Shown: positions 40,475 through 52,869 of the stretch, one piece after another
How positions within the stretch are numbered: position 1 is the first letter of the stretch
Layout of the letters: the number at the start of each line of letters is the position of its first letter
Source of the DNA: Octopus vulgaris
Taxonomy: Eukaryota
Assembly (NCBI GenBank): GCA_951406725.2
Contig: OX597822.1
Coordinates: forward strand, 98,766,001 to 98,830,000
DNA: 64,000 bases
Direction of reading: 5' to 3'
Translations under genes and position numbers: made by a program
Notes under the pieces: model-generated
What the model was told of the DNA's origin: nothing
The model's input: the letters and a program-made list of their open reading frames with translations, nothing else
Databases searched by the model: none

Positions 40475-41795
40475 ATCTCATGAACAATCATTTTTACGTT
40501 TTTGTATCTAATGACATGGATGCTTTCCTTCACTGTGTCTCATTTGTGTATGTCCCTAATTTAGATTGTTCCTAGGTTTTCATTAGTTCTTCCCTAAATT
40601 AAATGAATTATACTACATGAATCAAACCTGTAGCTTTATGCTAGCTCACTGTAATAACATTTATTTAGTTCTACCCGTTTTCGCTTTGGTATGTCCCTAA
40701 CTTAGATTATTCCTAGATTTCCTTTAGTCATTCACCTCTATATGAATACCTACTTTCGGTTTATAGGGCTTTATATTTAACTATTTATATAATTAATTAT
40801 TTCAATAACTTTTTAACAAATCTAAACTTAACTTGTTGAATTGACCCATATTTAAGCCCTTATTTTTACTTTTATTAGCATATATTTATTCCCGTTAATT
40901 CTTATTTGTGTATTTAATTATGATACATACCATATCACCGAACTTGAGCCACTTAATATATTTGCATCTGGTATCTCACCAAGCGAACGCTACATATCCG
41001 AAATCTTTAAATTAAATTTTGTCCAATAGTTCTTTATCTTTATTAGTCTAGCACAATAATTTTTTACGGGGAGAAAGGTAAAAGCTTATAATTCTGTATT
41101 CATTTATTTATATTTCTCTATCTATTTTCACTCTCTACTCTATTTTGATTTATTTTATAATATTTATGTACCCTAACATTAAATCAATATTCTTATTACT
41201 CTTTTAACCCTTTCGATATTTATAATAAGTAATAGATTGCCTGGAATGTCCTCCACCTTAATTAAATATTAATAATTATACACATTTGAATTAAACCCTA
41301 CATACATATTTATTCACTCCGGTACTGATATTTACTGCGGTATTATCTTGATCAAATACGCACGTGGTTGATTTGAATAATTGAATTTGCCTCGTATATA
41401 AGTGTAAATTTAAGTATATATTTGTATATATACGGAGGTATTTGTATAGATATGTATAATTATTTATATTTATATACTTCTGGTATATTCTACTGAAGAC
41501 GTTAAAGTATTTTTAATTACTAATTCAGAAATCAAACTATCTAGAACTAAATTCAAAATTTTATTAAATCCATTTTATTCAATTGCCTGCTTTTAGCCGT
41601 ATGTTAATGGAGTGTAATCCTAAGTGTTTTTATAGCCTTTTAGCGTCTCTTTCTTGCGTGTATGTGCTGTTTCTCAGTACTCTTTATTGTAATTATATCT
41701 ATATAATTATATATTTATATGAATGTTTATCTATAGGGTTTTTTACATGCTGGCCACTGATAAGATCATTAACTGATTTTATCCTTAATTATGTA

Positions 41796-42144
41796 TATAA
41801 CCAAGAAGAAAGCAACAAGAATGGATCGGTAGTTTAGTACAATTGTTTCATACTATAAACATTTTATTTAAAGCTGCAAATATTTGCAAATATTTGCAAC
41901 AAGAATGGATCGGTAGTTTAGTACAATTGTTTCATACTCTAAACATTTTATTTAAAGCTGCAAATATTTGCAGCTTTAAATAAAATGTTTAGAGTATGAA
42001 ACAATTGTACTAAACTACCGATCCATTCTTGTTGCTTTCTTCTTGGTTATAATAACCCCACGTAATCTTATGGTTAATGCCATAAAGAATTCTGGTGCAT
42101 CTAAGTTAAGTACCATATTCTTTTGAATCTAAATTGTTTTGCTG

Positions 42145-42150
<6 letters not shown>
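41796..42150. repeat. Perfect 140-bp palindrome (41896-42035) plus an extra arm copy (41796-41887); pLTR-like with a half HHR
   Basis: Centre CAAAT|ATTTG; GAAA-CAATTG-TA at 41998-42009; ends at (TA)n. Confidence 0.85.
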
Positions 42151-42203
<53 letters not shown>

Positions 42204-42277
42204 GTATATGTATAAATGTATGTACGGATGGATATATATATATATACATATGTATATGTATAAATGTATGTACGGAT

Positions 42278-42316
<39 letters not shown>

Positions 42317-42347
42317 CATTTGTATATGTATAAATGTATGTACGGAT

Positions 42348-42385
<38 letters not shown>

Positions 42386-42430
42386 GTATATGTATAAATG
42401 TATGTACGGATGGATATATATATATATATA
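42150..42430. repeat. Minisatellite: (TA)n plus CATATGTATATGTATAAATGTATGTACGGATGGA, 4 units with a fifth at about 42845-42925
   Basis: Direct reading of the sequence. Confidence 0.9.
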
Positions 42431-42527
42431 TATAAAATATTATTAGAGACAAAACCACTATTTTGCAAAACAAACAAGGAAAGACTTAATCAATACATAA
42501 AATTTTAATAAATAGTCAAAAAAACCG

Positions 42528-42570
42528 CCACTACAATCGTTTCTTGTCTTGATCGACAATCTTCAGGTGG
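42528..42570 (-). ncRNA. Type I hammerhead ribozyme motif (left arm)
   Basis: Reverse complement of 42620-42662. Confidence 0.8.
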
Positions 42571-42619
42571 ACTTCCAATAATTCAGTTTCAAATTATTTG
42601 AAACTGAATTATTGGAAGT

Positions 42620-42662
42620 CCACCTGAAGATTGTCGATCAAGACAAGAAACGATTGTAGTGG
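42620..42662 (+). ncRNA. Type I hammerhead ribozyme motif (right arm)
   Basis: CCAC-CTGAAGA-TTGTC-GATCAA-GACAA-GAAA-CGATTG-TA-GTGG: canonical core, perfect stems I and II, short stem III, GUA triplet. Confidence 0.85.
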
Positions 42663-42839
42663 CGGTTTTTTTGACTATTTATTAAAATTTTATGTATTGA
42701 TTAAGTCTTTCCTTGTTTGTTTTGCAAAATAGTGGTTTTGTCTCTAATAATATTTTATAATATTTTACTATAAAATTGGATTTAATCCTAAATCTGATTT
42801 TTTTTCCCTGTAAATTTGGATTTATTCCCTAATATTTAT

Positions 42840-42883
<44 letters not shown>

Positions 42884-42934
42884 GTATATGTATAAATGTA
42901 TGTACGGATGGATATATATATATATATTTACGCT

Positions 42935-43644
42935 ATGAATACTAGTAAAAATATTTGGTTAATAATTCCTTACGGGAGACAAATTAAATCTAATCTCCCA
43001 CTGCTGTTTCGTCAAGCTATTGCTAAGAATTTTCCAAACAATTCTAGATATTACTCTATAATTAATTCAAGGTTAGGATAGGTTTTTCAAACACAAAAAA
43101 TCTCTTGCAAATTATATCTTCTCATAATAACAAACTGTTAAATATTAATACATTTACTAATACTAACATTAATTTAGCTAATACCATCCAACCCTCTAGA
43201 AATATTAATAACAAGGTTATTGTATCTGAAGTCAATTCCAATAGAATTAAATTTATGTCAAGTAACTCTAAGATTAAAAATTCTATATACCAGTGTATAA
43301 TCAGTACTCGTAATAAAGTACGATTTTACATTGGAAGCACATCGTTAGAGTTATCTAAAAGAATTTCTATCCATTACTCAACATTTAGGGATAGAAATAA
43401 ACGGAATAGTACCGGTCTCAGCAAACTGATTTGGGATTTAAAAGACCACAATGAACAATTTCATTTAGAATGGTTGATCCTCTCAATTTCGATACCATAT
43501 GACAAAGGCAAGAAATTCTGTCTTCTCTGCAATTCTGAGCTATTTTTCATTATTTTTTCTAAAAATACTCTAGTAAGCACGGTTATAGAACGAGCATACA
43601 GATGTAAGCATTGGCAGAAACATACATTTAGTGCATATAAGTAG
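42935..43644 (+). pseudogene. 5'-truncated Penelope-like element ORF: linker plus GIY-YIG endonuclease
   Basis: KNIWLIIPYGRQIKSNL..AIAKNFPNNSRYYSIIN (frameshift) NLLQIISSHNNKLL...SIYQCII..FYIGST..KRISIHYSTFR..NSTGLSKLIWDLKD..LEWLIL..CLLCNSE..CKH. Confidence 0.88.
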
Positions 43645-43845
43645 TCTCTATCATTATATATAATTTAAACTTTAATTTCCTTTATATTTAACATTCACTA
43701 TTAATATCCCTACTCTTTCTGTTAGCTACTTATGACGTTATATCATATAACGTTTTTTTAAACAATATTAATAGCGTTCTGTCTATCGCTATACAAATCC
43801 ATCATTTTTTGCTAAAATGTCGTATTGACGAGTTTCGTTTTTTTC

Positions 43846-43931
43846 ACTTTCCCGAAGAGAAGATTGTATTGTTTATACCATTTATTCTTTTGAATAGTAT
43901 CAGTGGAATTTTCGAAACATGTGTCGAAAGT
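43846..43931 (+). ncRNA. Type I hammerhead motif in PLE 3' pLTR, CCGAAGA core and extended stem II
   Basis: ACTTTC-CCGAAGA-GAAGATT-(41 nt)-AATTTTC-GAAA-CATGTG-TC-GAAAGT; 200 nt downstream of the GIY-YIG stop, same strand. Confidence 0.7.
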
Positions 43932-44120
43932 AAAAATACTTGTTTAAACCTGCGTTAAATCCATTTTTTATTTATATTATTCAAAATATTCAACGTAAAC
44001 ACGAAGTTTCAACCTTTATAAACAAGGAGTTACAACATCTTTACTTGTGAGATTTTTGCTGCCCTGGTAACTATTTATTTATTTTTCCGTGTTAATTGTT
44101 AACAAGGTAAAAATACACTC

Positions 44121-44168
<48 letters not shown>

Positions 44169-44351
44169 GCATAAGACGTTGATAAGCACTAACCTAGATA
44201 AGAATCGGACTATCTCCACCCCACGATTGTTATCTTCACATCGATCGCATTCTGCGATATTGTTCTTGAGAATACCAGTTACTTTATTTTCCTCTAAATT
44301 CTATATCATCATAGTTTCTTTCACTTGTCTTATGACCATTAATCCTCGTGA

Positions 44352-44726
44352 GGAGGCGCAATGGCCCAGTGGTTAGGGCAGCGGACTCGCGGTCGTAGGC
44401 TCGCGGTTTCGATTCCCAGACCGGGCGTTGTGAGTGTTTATTGAGCGAAAACACCTAAAAAAGCTCCACGAGGCTCCGGCAGGGGATGGCGGTGATCCCT
44501 GCTGTACTCTTTCACCACAACTTTCTCTCACTCTTACTTCCTGTTTCTGTTGTACCTGTATTTCAAAGGGCCGGCCTTGTCACTCTGAATATCCCCGAGA
44601 ACTATGTTAAGGGTACACGTGTCTGTGGAGTGCTCAGCCACTTACACATTAATTTCACGAGCAGGCTGTTCCGTTGATCGGATCAACCGGAACCCTCGTC
44701 GTCGTAACCGACGGAGTGCTTCCACC
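44352..44726 (+). mobile_element. SINE family A
   Basis: TSD AATCCTCGTGA at 44341-44351 and 44727-44737; small internal deletion. Confidence 0.92.
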
Positions 44727-45574
44727 AATCCTCGTGAAGAATAAGTTCATATATATATATATACAGCGAGAGAGGGAGAGAGAAAAGGAGAGGGAGAGAG
44801 ACTGGCAAATAGACAGACAGACAAATACACTAATATCAGCACATTTATAGATACATACATAAATACCGATGTATACGTAAGTACATATATCTGCTATTAT
44901 TTCTTATCAGCAGTATTGTGTTTGTTTCTGTTCTTTTATCTTTTTTCTTTTTCTTTTTGATTTTAATTTCGCATCTCTAGATAACAGCATTTGTAATCTT
45001 TCGCTGCCGATACCTATGATAACATGTGTTTTATTCGAATAAGATATATTACTCGAGTACTGAAAAAATAAATGATTTCTGGTGGGAAACATAGATGACA
45101 GTGTAACACAAAGTTTGCAACATAATAAATAACAACAGTATTGGTTTCTTATTTCGAGAAGCCTCATTCCTCTTAGTGCAGAATTTATATTATGTGACAG
45201 GCATACGTAATGTCAGAAAGAACGTTAATCAATAACGTAAAGGGCTAACATGGTGGTAACTATGTCGTAGCTTGAACTTCTGGAAATAACAGCTAAATGC
45301 CTTAAGATGGAAAAATACATTGGATAAAAAATTCCTAGATAAATTATGTCAGAATATAAGATGGTATATTCGGGACTGAAAACTGGAATGTATTTAATCG
45401 TACATCAACCCAGCTATATTTGACAGAGTGCTAATCAATGATAAGAACAATATAATTAAAATGAATATTTCAATGGCTGTATATGGACACTTTATAGAGG
45501 GTGGGGACGGGTTTATAGAAAGCGTATCTACAATTCGGTGCCGTCAGTATTCAAAATGTACTCATTCTTATAAG

Positions 45575-45839
45575 CAGGAGCACTCCGTCGGTTACGACGA
45601 CGAGGGTTCCGGTTGATCCGATCAACGGAACAGCCTGCTCGTGAAATTAACGTGTAAGTGGCTGAGCACTCCACAGACACGTGTACGTTTAACGTAGTTC
45701 TCGGGGATATTCCACGGAGCCTCGTGGAGCTTTAGGTGTTTTCGCTCAATAAGCACTCACAACGCCCGATCTGGGAATCAAAACCGCGATCCTACGACCG
45801 CGAGTCCGCTGCCCTAACCACTGGGCCATTGCGCCTCCA
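45575..45839 (-). mobile_element. SINE family A with large internal deletion
   Basis: TSD CATTCTTATAAG at 45563-45574 and 45840-45851. Confidence 0.9.
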
Positions 45840-46778
45840 CATTCTTATAAGTATGCTGATTTCAAATATTGGCACCAGACCAGCAAGTTTGGAGGAGGTA
45901 GTAAGTTGATTACATCGACCCCCACAGTGCTCAAATATCACTTATTTTATCGACCCCGGAATGATGAAAAACAAAGTCGACCTCGGCAGAATTTGAACAG
46001 AGTACCTAAAGACGAAATAAATGTCGCTAAGCATTTTGTCCTGCGAACTAACGGTTCTGCCTGCTCAACGCTTTGAACTGAGTAATGTATACTAGTGCCA
46101 GTTCATTTGGATGCTTTCCACTGAAATTTCAGACCAAATTATGTCTGCCTCATACGGAATCTGCGACCAGAAACGGATTACAGACAGATTGACATAAAGT
46201 GTTCTCAGACACACTTCAAGCTCTGATCAATAAGTGCTCTGTCTCCCCCCACTCTCTCTCTCTCAAATACACACATTCACAAAGGTACGCACTCTATCAC
46301 GCACACAAACAAACAAACTCTCTCACACACGCATACACACATTCTCTCTCTTCCGTTCTCTTCCTCTCACACAATCTCTTTCTCACACACATACATACAC
46401 ACACAAATACACACTCAAGCACGCACACACACACGCACAAATACACAAAAGCACACACACTCTCTCTCTTCCTCTCTTTCTCTCTCTCTCTCTGCTTATT
46501 CTAGCGCTGCTGTAATGGCCTCTGGGTCTTGGAGGTGGCTAACCCCACATCATTTCATCCAGGCACATCTCTTGTATCCATCTTTCCTCATCCTTCTATT
46601 AACCTTGTTATACACAACCCCACTATGCCCTCATAATAACTACTACGCCCAATCACAACCCTCAGGTATTCGGCCCTCTAGAATTTCATCATGCTTATAT
46701 CTTACCCACAAGTCTTGACTTCAAAAGATTCAAGAGAAACATTAATGACCAACAACCTACCCGTCTTGGAGGTACATG

Positions 46779-46985
46779 GGATCTATTCCATTTGACGGAC
46801 AGGTTTTTTTAAATTATTCTTTTCTTAACTAAACATTTTGAAACTTCGGACCCTGGGAGAACGCGTGACATATAACAGGGTTTACTCTTAACGTTTTTAG
46901 CAAAATTTGTATTTTAGAAGTTATTTCGTATTAAATTTGTCGTATTTGGGTAATTTTAACCAATCAGTGACGTGTATTCAGCTGA
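46779..46985. mobile_element. Decayed relative of the 32263-32700 MITE (one end)
   Basis: GGATCTATTCCATTTGACGGACAGGTTTT terminus and shared AACCAATCAGTGACGT.TATT motif. Confidence 0.55.
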
Positions 46986-47584
46986 AGAAAATTGCTGCTG
47001 CTGTTTGCGAACAACAACTTCCGGGACCATTGACAAAACGATGAGTGTTCGACAACAGAAAAATTTAAACTGAAAATCTCCCCTAACAAAACCCATTTGA
47101 TACATATTTGTGTAAAAAAATCTCATCACACAATCGAACCAATGAAAGAGCCTCTACCTGGTCACTCGATACGCTAAAAATAGCAGCCAAAGTATCTCCC
47201 TACCTAAATCACAGACGCATTGTACGTAATGTCCAAGATTATCCCTAAAAAGACGGTTTGCTGAAGGTTGGAATGTCTTTGATGATAGGTTTGCTGTATC
47301 AGGGTTGATTTTAGGCTAAATAGCAACAAAACTATTACTGAGACGGACCAACGACGGAGCCTGCATGTGGTTACATGATCTGCGGATGTTCTTTGATGCC
47401 TTCTCCTCCAGAAAACAGATGCCGAAACACCGACAAAAACATAACAGTCACAATTGAGTCCAATGAAAGAAATTTGGGTAATTTAAAAATTAAGGAAGTT
47501 ATACTCATGCACAGACTAGGGCGCCAAATTAACAACAGGTTGGTAATTAATATATTATTTAGCTACATCTGGATGTATCTAAAT

Positions 47585-48047
47585 AACTGGGTTCTCGAGG
47601 TGGTCATTAACTTCTGTAGTAATGTTGTGAGCTGTACTTTTGTGATCCTTTCTAACATTCGCGTAAGGATCCGGAGGTCCCTATGTGAAAGTGTTGGTAT
47701 TCTTCCGGAGTTTTGTTTCAACGAGGAGATGTTTCCCTCTTTCTCAAAGGCTGTCATTACTTTCTTGATACACCAAACATTTCGGCTGTTTTCGTTACGC
47801 TAACCCCCGCAATACGAGCACCAACAATTTGACCTCCTTCAAAGTCCGATAGATCTGTCATTTTAATGAATTTTAATTACCTTTTCCTAATGATATTTGA
47901 AAAGAAAAGGCAATTTTAGTAAAACATATTAAGCAACACTAATAATAAATCAAAAAACAAAAATAAACAAGCTTTTGATAGCTTTATAGATATTTCAAAA
48001 TTATGATGCTATGATGCTAGGTGTTTCCATTATTTTGTCAAACCCCT
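47585..48047 (-). mobile_element. 5' part of a Tc1-like transposon
   Basis: Terminus .AGGGGTTTGACAAAATAATGGAAACACC; ATG at 47861 gives MTDLSDFEGGQIVGARIAGVSVTKTAEMFGVSRKVMTAFEKEG..KQNSGR (paired-like HTH and GRP-like linker). Confidence 0.8.
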
Positions 48048-48056
48048 TTCTATATA

Positions 48057-48345
<289 letters not shown>

Positions 48346-48627
48346 TATGTATGTATATGGTATATATGATATAATTAGAGTTTGGAATCAGTCATAACAT
48401 ATTACTCCAATTCTCAGATATACTACGCAGTAAAGTTCCTATAGAATAGAATCAAATCTACGCAACGTCTTCGTTGGGTTTAAAATTCTCTGACATATCT
48501 CGACTTGCTATCTACAACTATATACGGGAATTTATCTGACACTAAAAATAACTTGTTTCTATTGATTCTATACTATATAAAAAAAAACTGAGTGCAGCCT
48601 TATTCATTTAAAGACTCTTGCTCATCC

Positions 48628-48935
48628 ATGTATGTATGTATGTATGTATGTATGTATGTATGTATGTATGTATGTATGTATGTATGTATGTATGTATGTA
48701 TGTATGTATGTATGTATTTATTTGAGTAGTTGATGAATTATCTTATTAAGGATAATTCGAAATTTAACCGATACCTGGGTAGCAAATTCACATCAGAGAT
48801 GAGAAAAATCTACATAATGTACTCCTTATTCCTTCGCAATTAGGAATATGCAGCCTTCGAAACATATGTCGAAAATAAAGGAAACTTGTTAACAAGTCGT
48901 TCAACTCCATTCTTTCATATACTTATAATTTTAAA

Positions 48936-48966
<31 letters not shown>

Positions 48967-49008
48967 TGTATGTATGTATGTATGTATGTATGTATGTATG
49001 TATGTATG
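48628..49008. repeat. (TATG)n array interrupted by a 220-bp pLTR-like insert with degenerate HHR motifs
   Basis: Insert 48718-48937 contains GATGA-GAA...TTC-GAAA-CATATG-TC-GAAAATAAA; downstream sequence resembles 43914-43990. Confidence 0.55.
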
Positions 49009-49011
49009 AAC

Positions 49012-49215
49012 GATTGGGTGTTGAAAAGTTCCTGACTTTGGATGAAAGAAAATACAGGAGGATCAGTTAATTATGATTTCATTCAACACATTCCCCTCTC
49101 AAGTTCACGCACTTATTGCAGCGGTCCTTCAGTTTCTCTAAGCCCTGTAAAAGAACTCAGAATGTTGAGCCTCCAACCAGGCCTTTTGTGATACTCTTAA
49201 AACCAGGAAGTCTTT
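49012..49215 (-). mobile_element. Mariner-like terminal fragment
   Basis: GGGTGTTGAAAAGTTCCTGACTTT terminus; minus translation ..DRCNKCVNLRGECVE (C-terminal C...GEYVE-like). Confidence 0.55.
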
Positions 49216-49439
49216 AGCAATCTCTCGTATGTCTGTCTGTTTGTATGTATGTGCATGTGTGTGTGTGTGTGTGTGTGTGTGTGGCCGGAAACTGAAATAC
49301 ATCCATCTCATACATTTATACATGTGTGCGCGTGTGTGCATGTAATGCTTTGTATTTGGATCTTTCACCGCTTGACAACGGTATTGGTTTGTTTATGCTA
49401 CTGTAACTTAGCGGTTCGGCGAAAGCGGTTTTCTTTGGT

Positions 49440-50710
49440 TTGTATTTTTGTAACCAGACGACAACTGTTTTCCTCAAAAGATATTGTTGGGGTCCCTCAC
49501 AACAATCTCTGGCTGGTTGTCTTTTAACATAATGACATTTCAAGTATCTAAGTTCCACTAATTTTCTTTTAATTCGTCGGTCTCAAAAATGTCAACTTCA
49601 TCTGTTGTTTTCTTTTTCTTCTTCTTCTATTACAGATTATTTTAACCACTACACCATGTCTCATGTTAACATGCTATCCCTCATGCATTCTCTCACAGCT
49701 GGCAATAATATGGCCGATGTCTTCAGTTTTAGTTTTGCACACGCTATATTTGTTTTACACCTTTTATGCAGCAAGTTCTGGATGGGGATCACTTCCTCTT
49801 GAATTGCATGGAAGTAGACTTCAAAATAGGATGTCATAAGCTTGTCGGTGATTTATACCTAGTTCTTTATTACCCACAAGGGGCTAAACACAGAGGGGAC
49901 AAACAAGGACAGACATAGGTATTAAGTCGATTACATCGACCCCAGTGCGTAACTGGTACTTAATTTATCGACCCCGAAAGGATGAAAGGCAAAGTCGACC
50001 TCGGCGGAATTTGAACTCACAACGTAACGCAGACGAAATACCTATTTCTTTATTACCCACAAGGGGCTAAACACAGAGGGGACAAACAAGGACAGACATA
50101 GGTATTAAGTCGATTACATCGACCCCAGTGCGTAACTGGTACTTAATTTATCGACCCCGAAAGGATGAAAGGCCAAGTCGACCTCGGCGAAATTTGAACT
50201 CACAACGTAACGCAGACGAAATACCGCTAAGCATTTCGCCCGGCGTGCTAACGTTTCTGCCAGCTCGCCGCCTTAACAACGTTACGCAGACGAAATACCG
50301 CTAAGCATTTCGCCCGGCGTGCTAACGTTTCTGCCAGCTCGCCGTCCATGTCTTGAATCTTTCGTGCCAAAGTCCTATGAACTGAAGAGATTTGTCTCGT
50401 TCCTCAAGTTCACTAGATATTCTAATGACGCTGCTGTTTCCGCGCTAGTGAACTGGAGCAAGATAGTTACTCGCTTCTTTCCTCTGCTGCAGACATCACT
50501 TCAGTGTCAGAGTACGTGTTTCTATAGATTTAAACCGCCGCTACCATCCTTGAGCGGAAGATATAGCCTGTTTACATCTCCACTGACATTGAAGGTTCCA
50601 GTAACATAGAGCAACTTGCTAGCTTTTGCAGTGATTAATTTAGAAAGCCAGATGTGAGTGTGAGGATAGGCTCTGCAAAGGTGTTGTAGGTGGTGTTTGT
50701 TGTAAGATGA
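49440..50710 (-). mobile_element. Decayed R4/Dong-like non-LTR retrotransposon interrupted by SINEs
   Basis: Minus fragments YNTFAEPILT, GDVNRLYLPLKDG.GGL, HAIQEEVI and CKTKTEDIGHIIASC (CCHC knuckle). Confidence 0.65.
49864..50345 (-). mobile_element. SINE family C with tandemly repeated body and duplicated head piece
   Basis: Two near-identical bodies joined at 50041-50048; head segment repeated at about 50280-50345. Confidence 0.88.
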
Positions 50711-50798
50711 GAGTTCAGATGACCAGATTTTTTATGCATACCTCCACGCATGCCGCGTGTGTGTGTGTGCGTGTAGGCATGTATGTATGTATGTATGT

Positions 50799-50841
<43 letters not shown>

Positions 50842-52869
50842 TGTGTATGTATATGAATATATATGTGTGTATGTGTATGTGTGTATTTGTGTTTGTATAA
50901 CAGTTGAATGCCTCTAGATGATAGCAGCATGTATATACGTAGTAATTGTGTACGTTTATGCGTGGTAATTACGTATATGTGGCAGCCATCTGCTTTAGTT
51001 CTTTGTATATAATTATTGATCATGTATTCACCAATCATTGATCGATCGCAATACTATATATCACGAAAAAAATGTCATCGGCCTCTTTAAACAATAACGA
51101 ACGTGATGAAAATATATTTGAATATTTTATTGCTACAAGGCTGGCTCCAATGTTCTTTGTATTAGTTACAAGAAGTCATTACATTATTCATTAATTATCA
51201 AATAAATCAATAAGTCATACTATCATACATGGCCATCTATCATTTTCTTCTGTACTTCACCACCATCACTAAGGCCAACAGCTACATTCTTAGGCGACAC
51301 AATGGTTGCAACATTTAATAACTTGGTTTATCCATGTGCTTCGATATGCGTCGGTTTTCAGGTCAGTTCTTTAAGTCTCAGTTCAATGTAGCGTGGCTTA
51401 TTTATATCTCTTAAGCCCCATTGGTAGACATACGAAAATCAGTTTTCTGTTTTTCCTGGTCTATTAATCAAATTACTGGCTCTATATCAACGTGAATGGT
51501 TTCATTTTAATAAACGTGATAACAAAATATATAGTAAATTAAGTAGACGATAGCCAAGACATCAAAGACTCAAACTTGGCGATTTACAGAAACTAATATT
51601 AAGTGTAGTTGTTGCTTAATCTCGCATCGGTAAATATTGAATAGAACTATGGCCAAAGGTGTTCATGCCGCGACCATAATGTCTGGGATTTTTTTTTTAT
51701 AAATCTAGGGCTGCAATGTCTCCTTCTTTGATTATTTCGTTTGGGTGTGATTTTCAGGAATTTGGTTGATATTTCTAGCAAATTGCGTGACTGCTTTCTT
51801 TTTGCCTCGGCTAAATTATTGCGATTTAGTTTCAAACTAAATAGTGTTTCTTACCTTGAACAGCAGAATCAGTAATGACAATCATTAACATACTAAAATT
51901 GGCTACAAAACTCTGGTAAATGCCGAGGGCTGCTATTTAAATTAGGATCAAAATTTAAGCATTTCAAGTCGCTAAATCTAATTGAAATTTCGAGCTAAAT
52001 TCAATATCTTTCATTCACTAGGCAATTTCTGAAAATTTGTGACCACAAAGGGAGGACCTAATGTTAAATGCATCAAGTATAAGTTACCAAGTCGCATCGA
52101 ACTTTAAAAACTGAAGCACACACCCTGAAGGAACAGTCTACGATTCCGTTTCAGTTTAATGCATTTAAGCTAAATCCAATTCAGAACGCTACCACCTTGT
52201 GGCAATAAAAACAAAAATCGTCTCCCTAATTTGCATCTTCTATAAATTTGGAATGGTGCACAGCGATGTAATTTCAATGATGGTCTCACAATCGTCATGT
52301 CATGGGATCCGTTCTTGAATCGTGTAGTGCGTTGTGTTCTTGAGCAAGGTGCTTCAGTTTACGTAGGTTGAGTTCACTCAACTGAAAATGAGTACCGGCA
52401 CTTACTGGAAATTAGCTCTACAGCGAACTGGTGTCTTATTCAGTGGTATATCTTATACCCTCAGTCGCTTAAATACAACGGAAACTGGGATAAACTCTGA
52501 CTTAATGAGTCTGTAAGATGGAGACAGGCTTTGACTTCTGACTTCAATAAATTTGTGAACTTAAACTAAGGAATAAAACGTTATTTGTAACACATTCTCA
52601 TGCAAGGCACAGTTTCATTATTTATCATTGGTTATCCTACGTGATTGAAATTATTAGAAGTAGTGAGAGATAAATATGATAATTTTTCCGCTCATAACAG
52701 CAGTGATATAAAGAAATCGGTTCCGAGCCGAAATTATACCAAAATGATCGAATCACTTTTCTAAAAATTTTACAGCGAATTAATACACTTGGCTTTACGA
52801 ATGACGATTCATGAAAGAAAACGTCCAGGTTCACTGCAGGTTCGATAGAGGCTGACTATGCCAATACGA

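Larger units (their letters stand above)
38790..41770 (-). mobile_element. Very decayed, near full-length Penelope-like element (tentative)
   Basis: HHR at its 3' end; faint minus-strand motifs AKSRQLNKMD (ADKS..YKM-like), KGLNMGQ and YLYIGG; strong strand compositional bias; interrupted by a LINE. Confidence 0.4.
42431..42759. repeat. Perfect 329-bp palindrome (164-bp arms, 1-nt centre at 42595); inverted pLTR-like structure
   Basis: Arms match base for base as far as read by eye; the right arm continues about 85 bp further to (TA)n. Confidence 0.95.

Noticed and set aside
42150-42430. CRISPR-like repeat-spacer appearance
   Set aside because: Spacers are only variable (TA)n, there are no cas genes, and the context is eukaryotic; it is a minisatellite.
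51855-51892. Possible short minus-strand exon (ttttag|...AAG|gtaaga; MLMIVITDSAVQ)
   Set aside because: Unsupported without transcript data.
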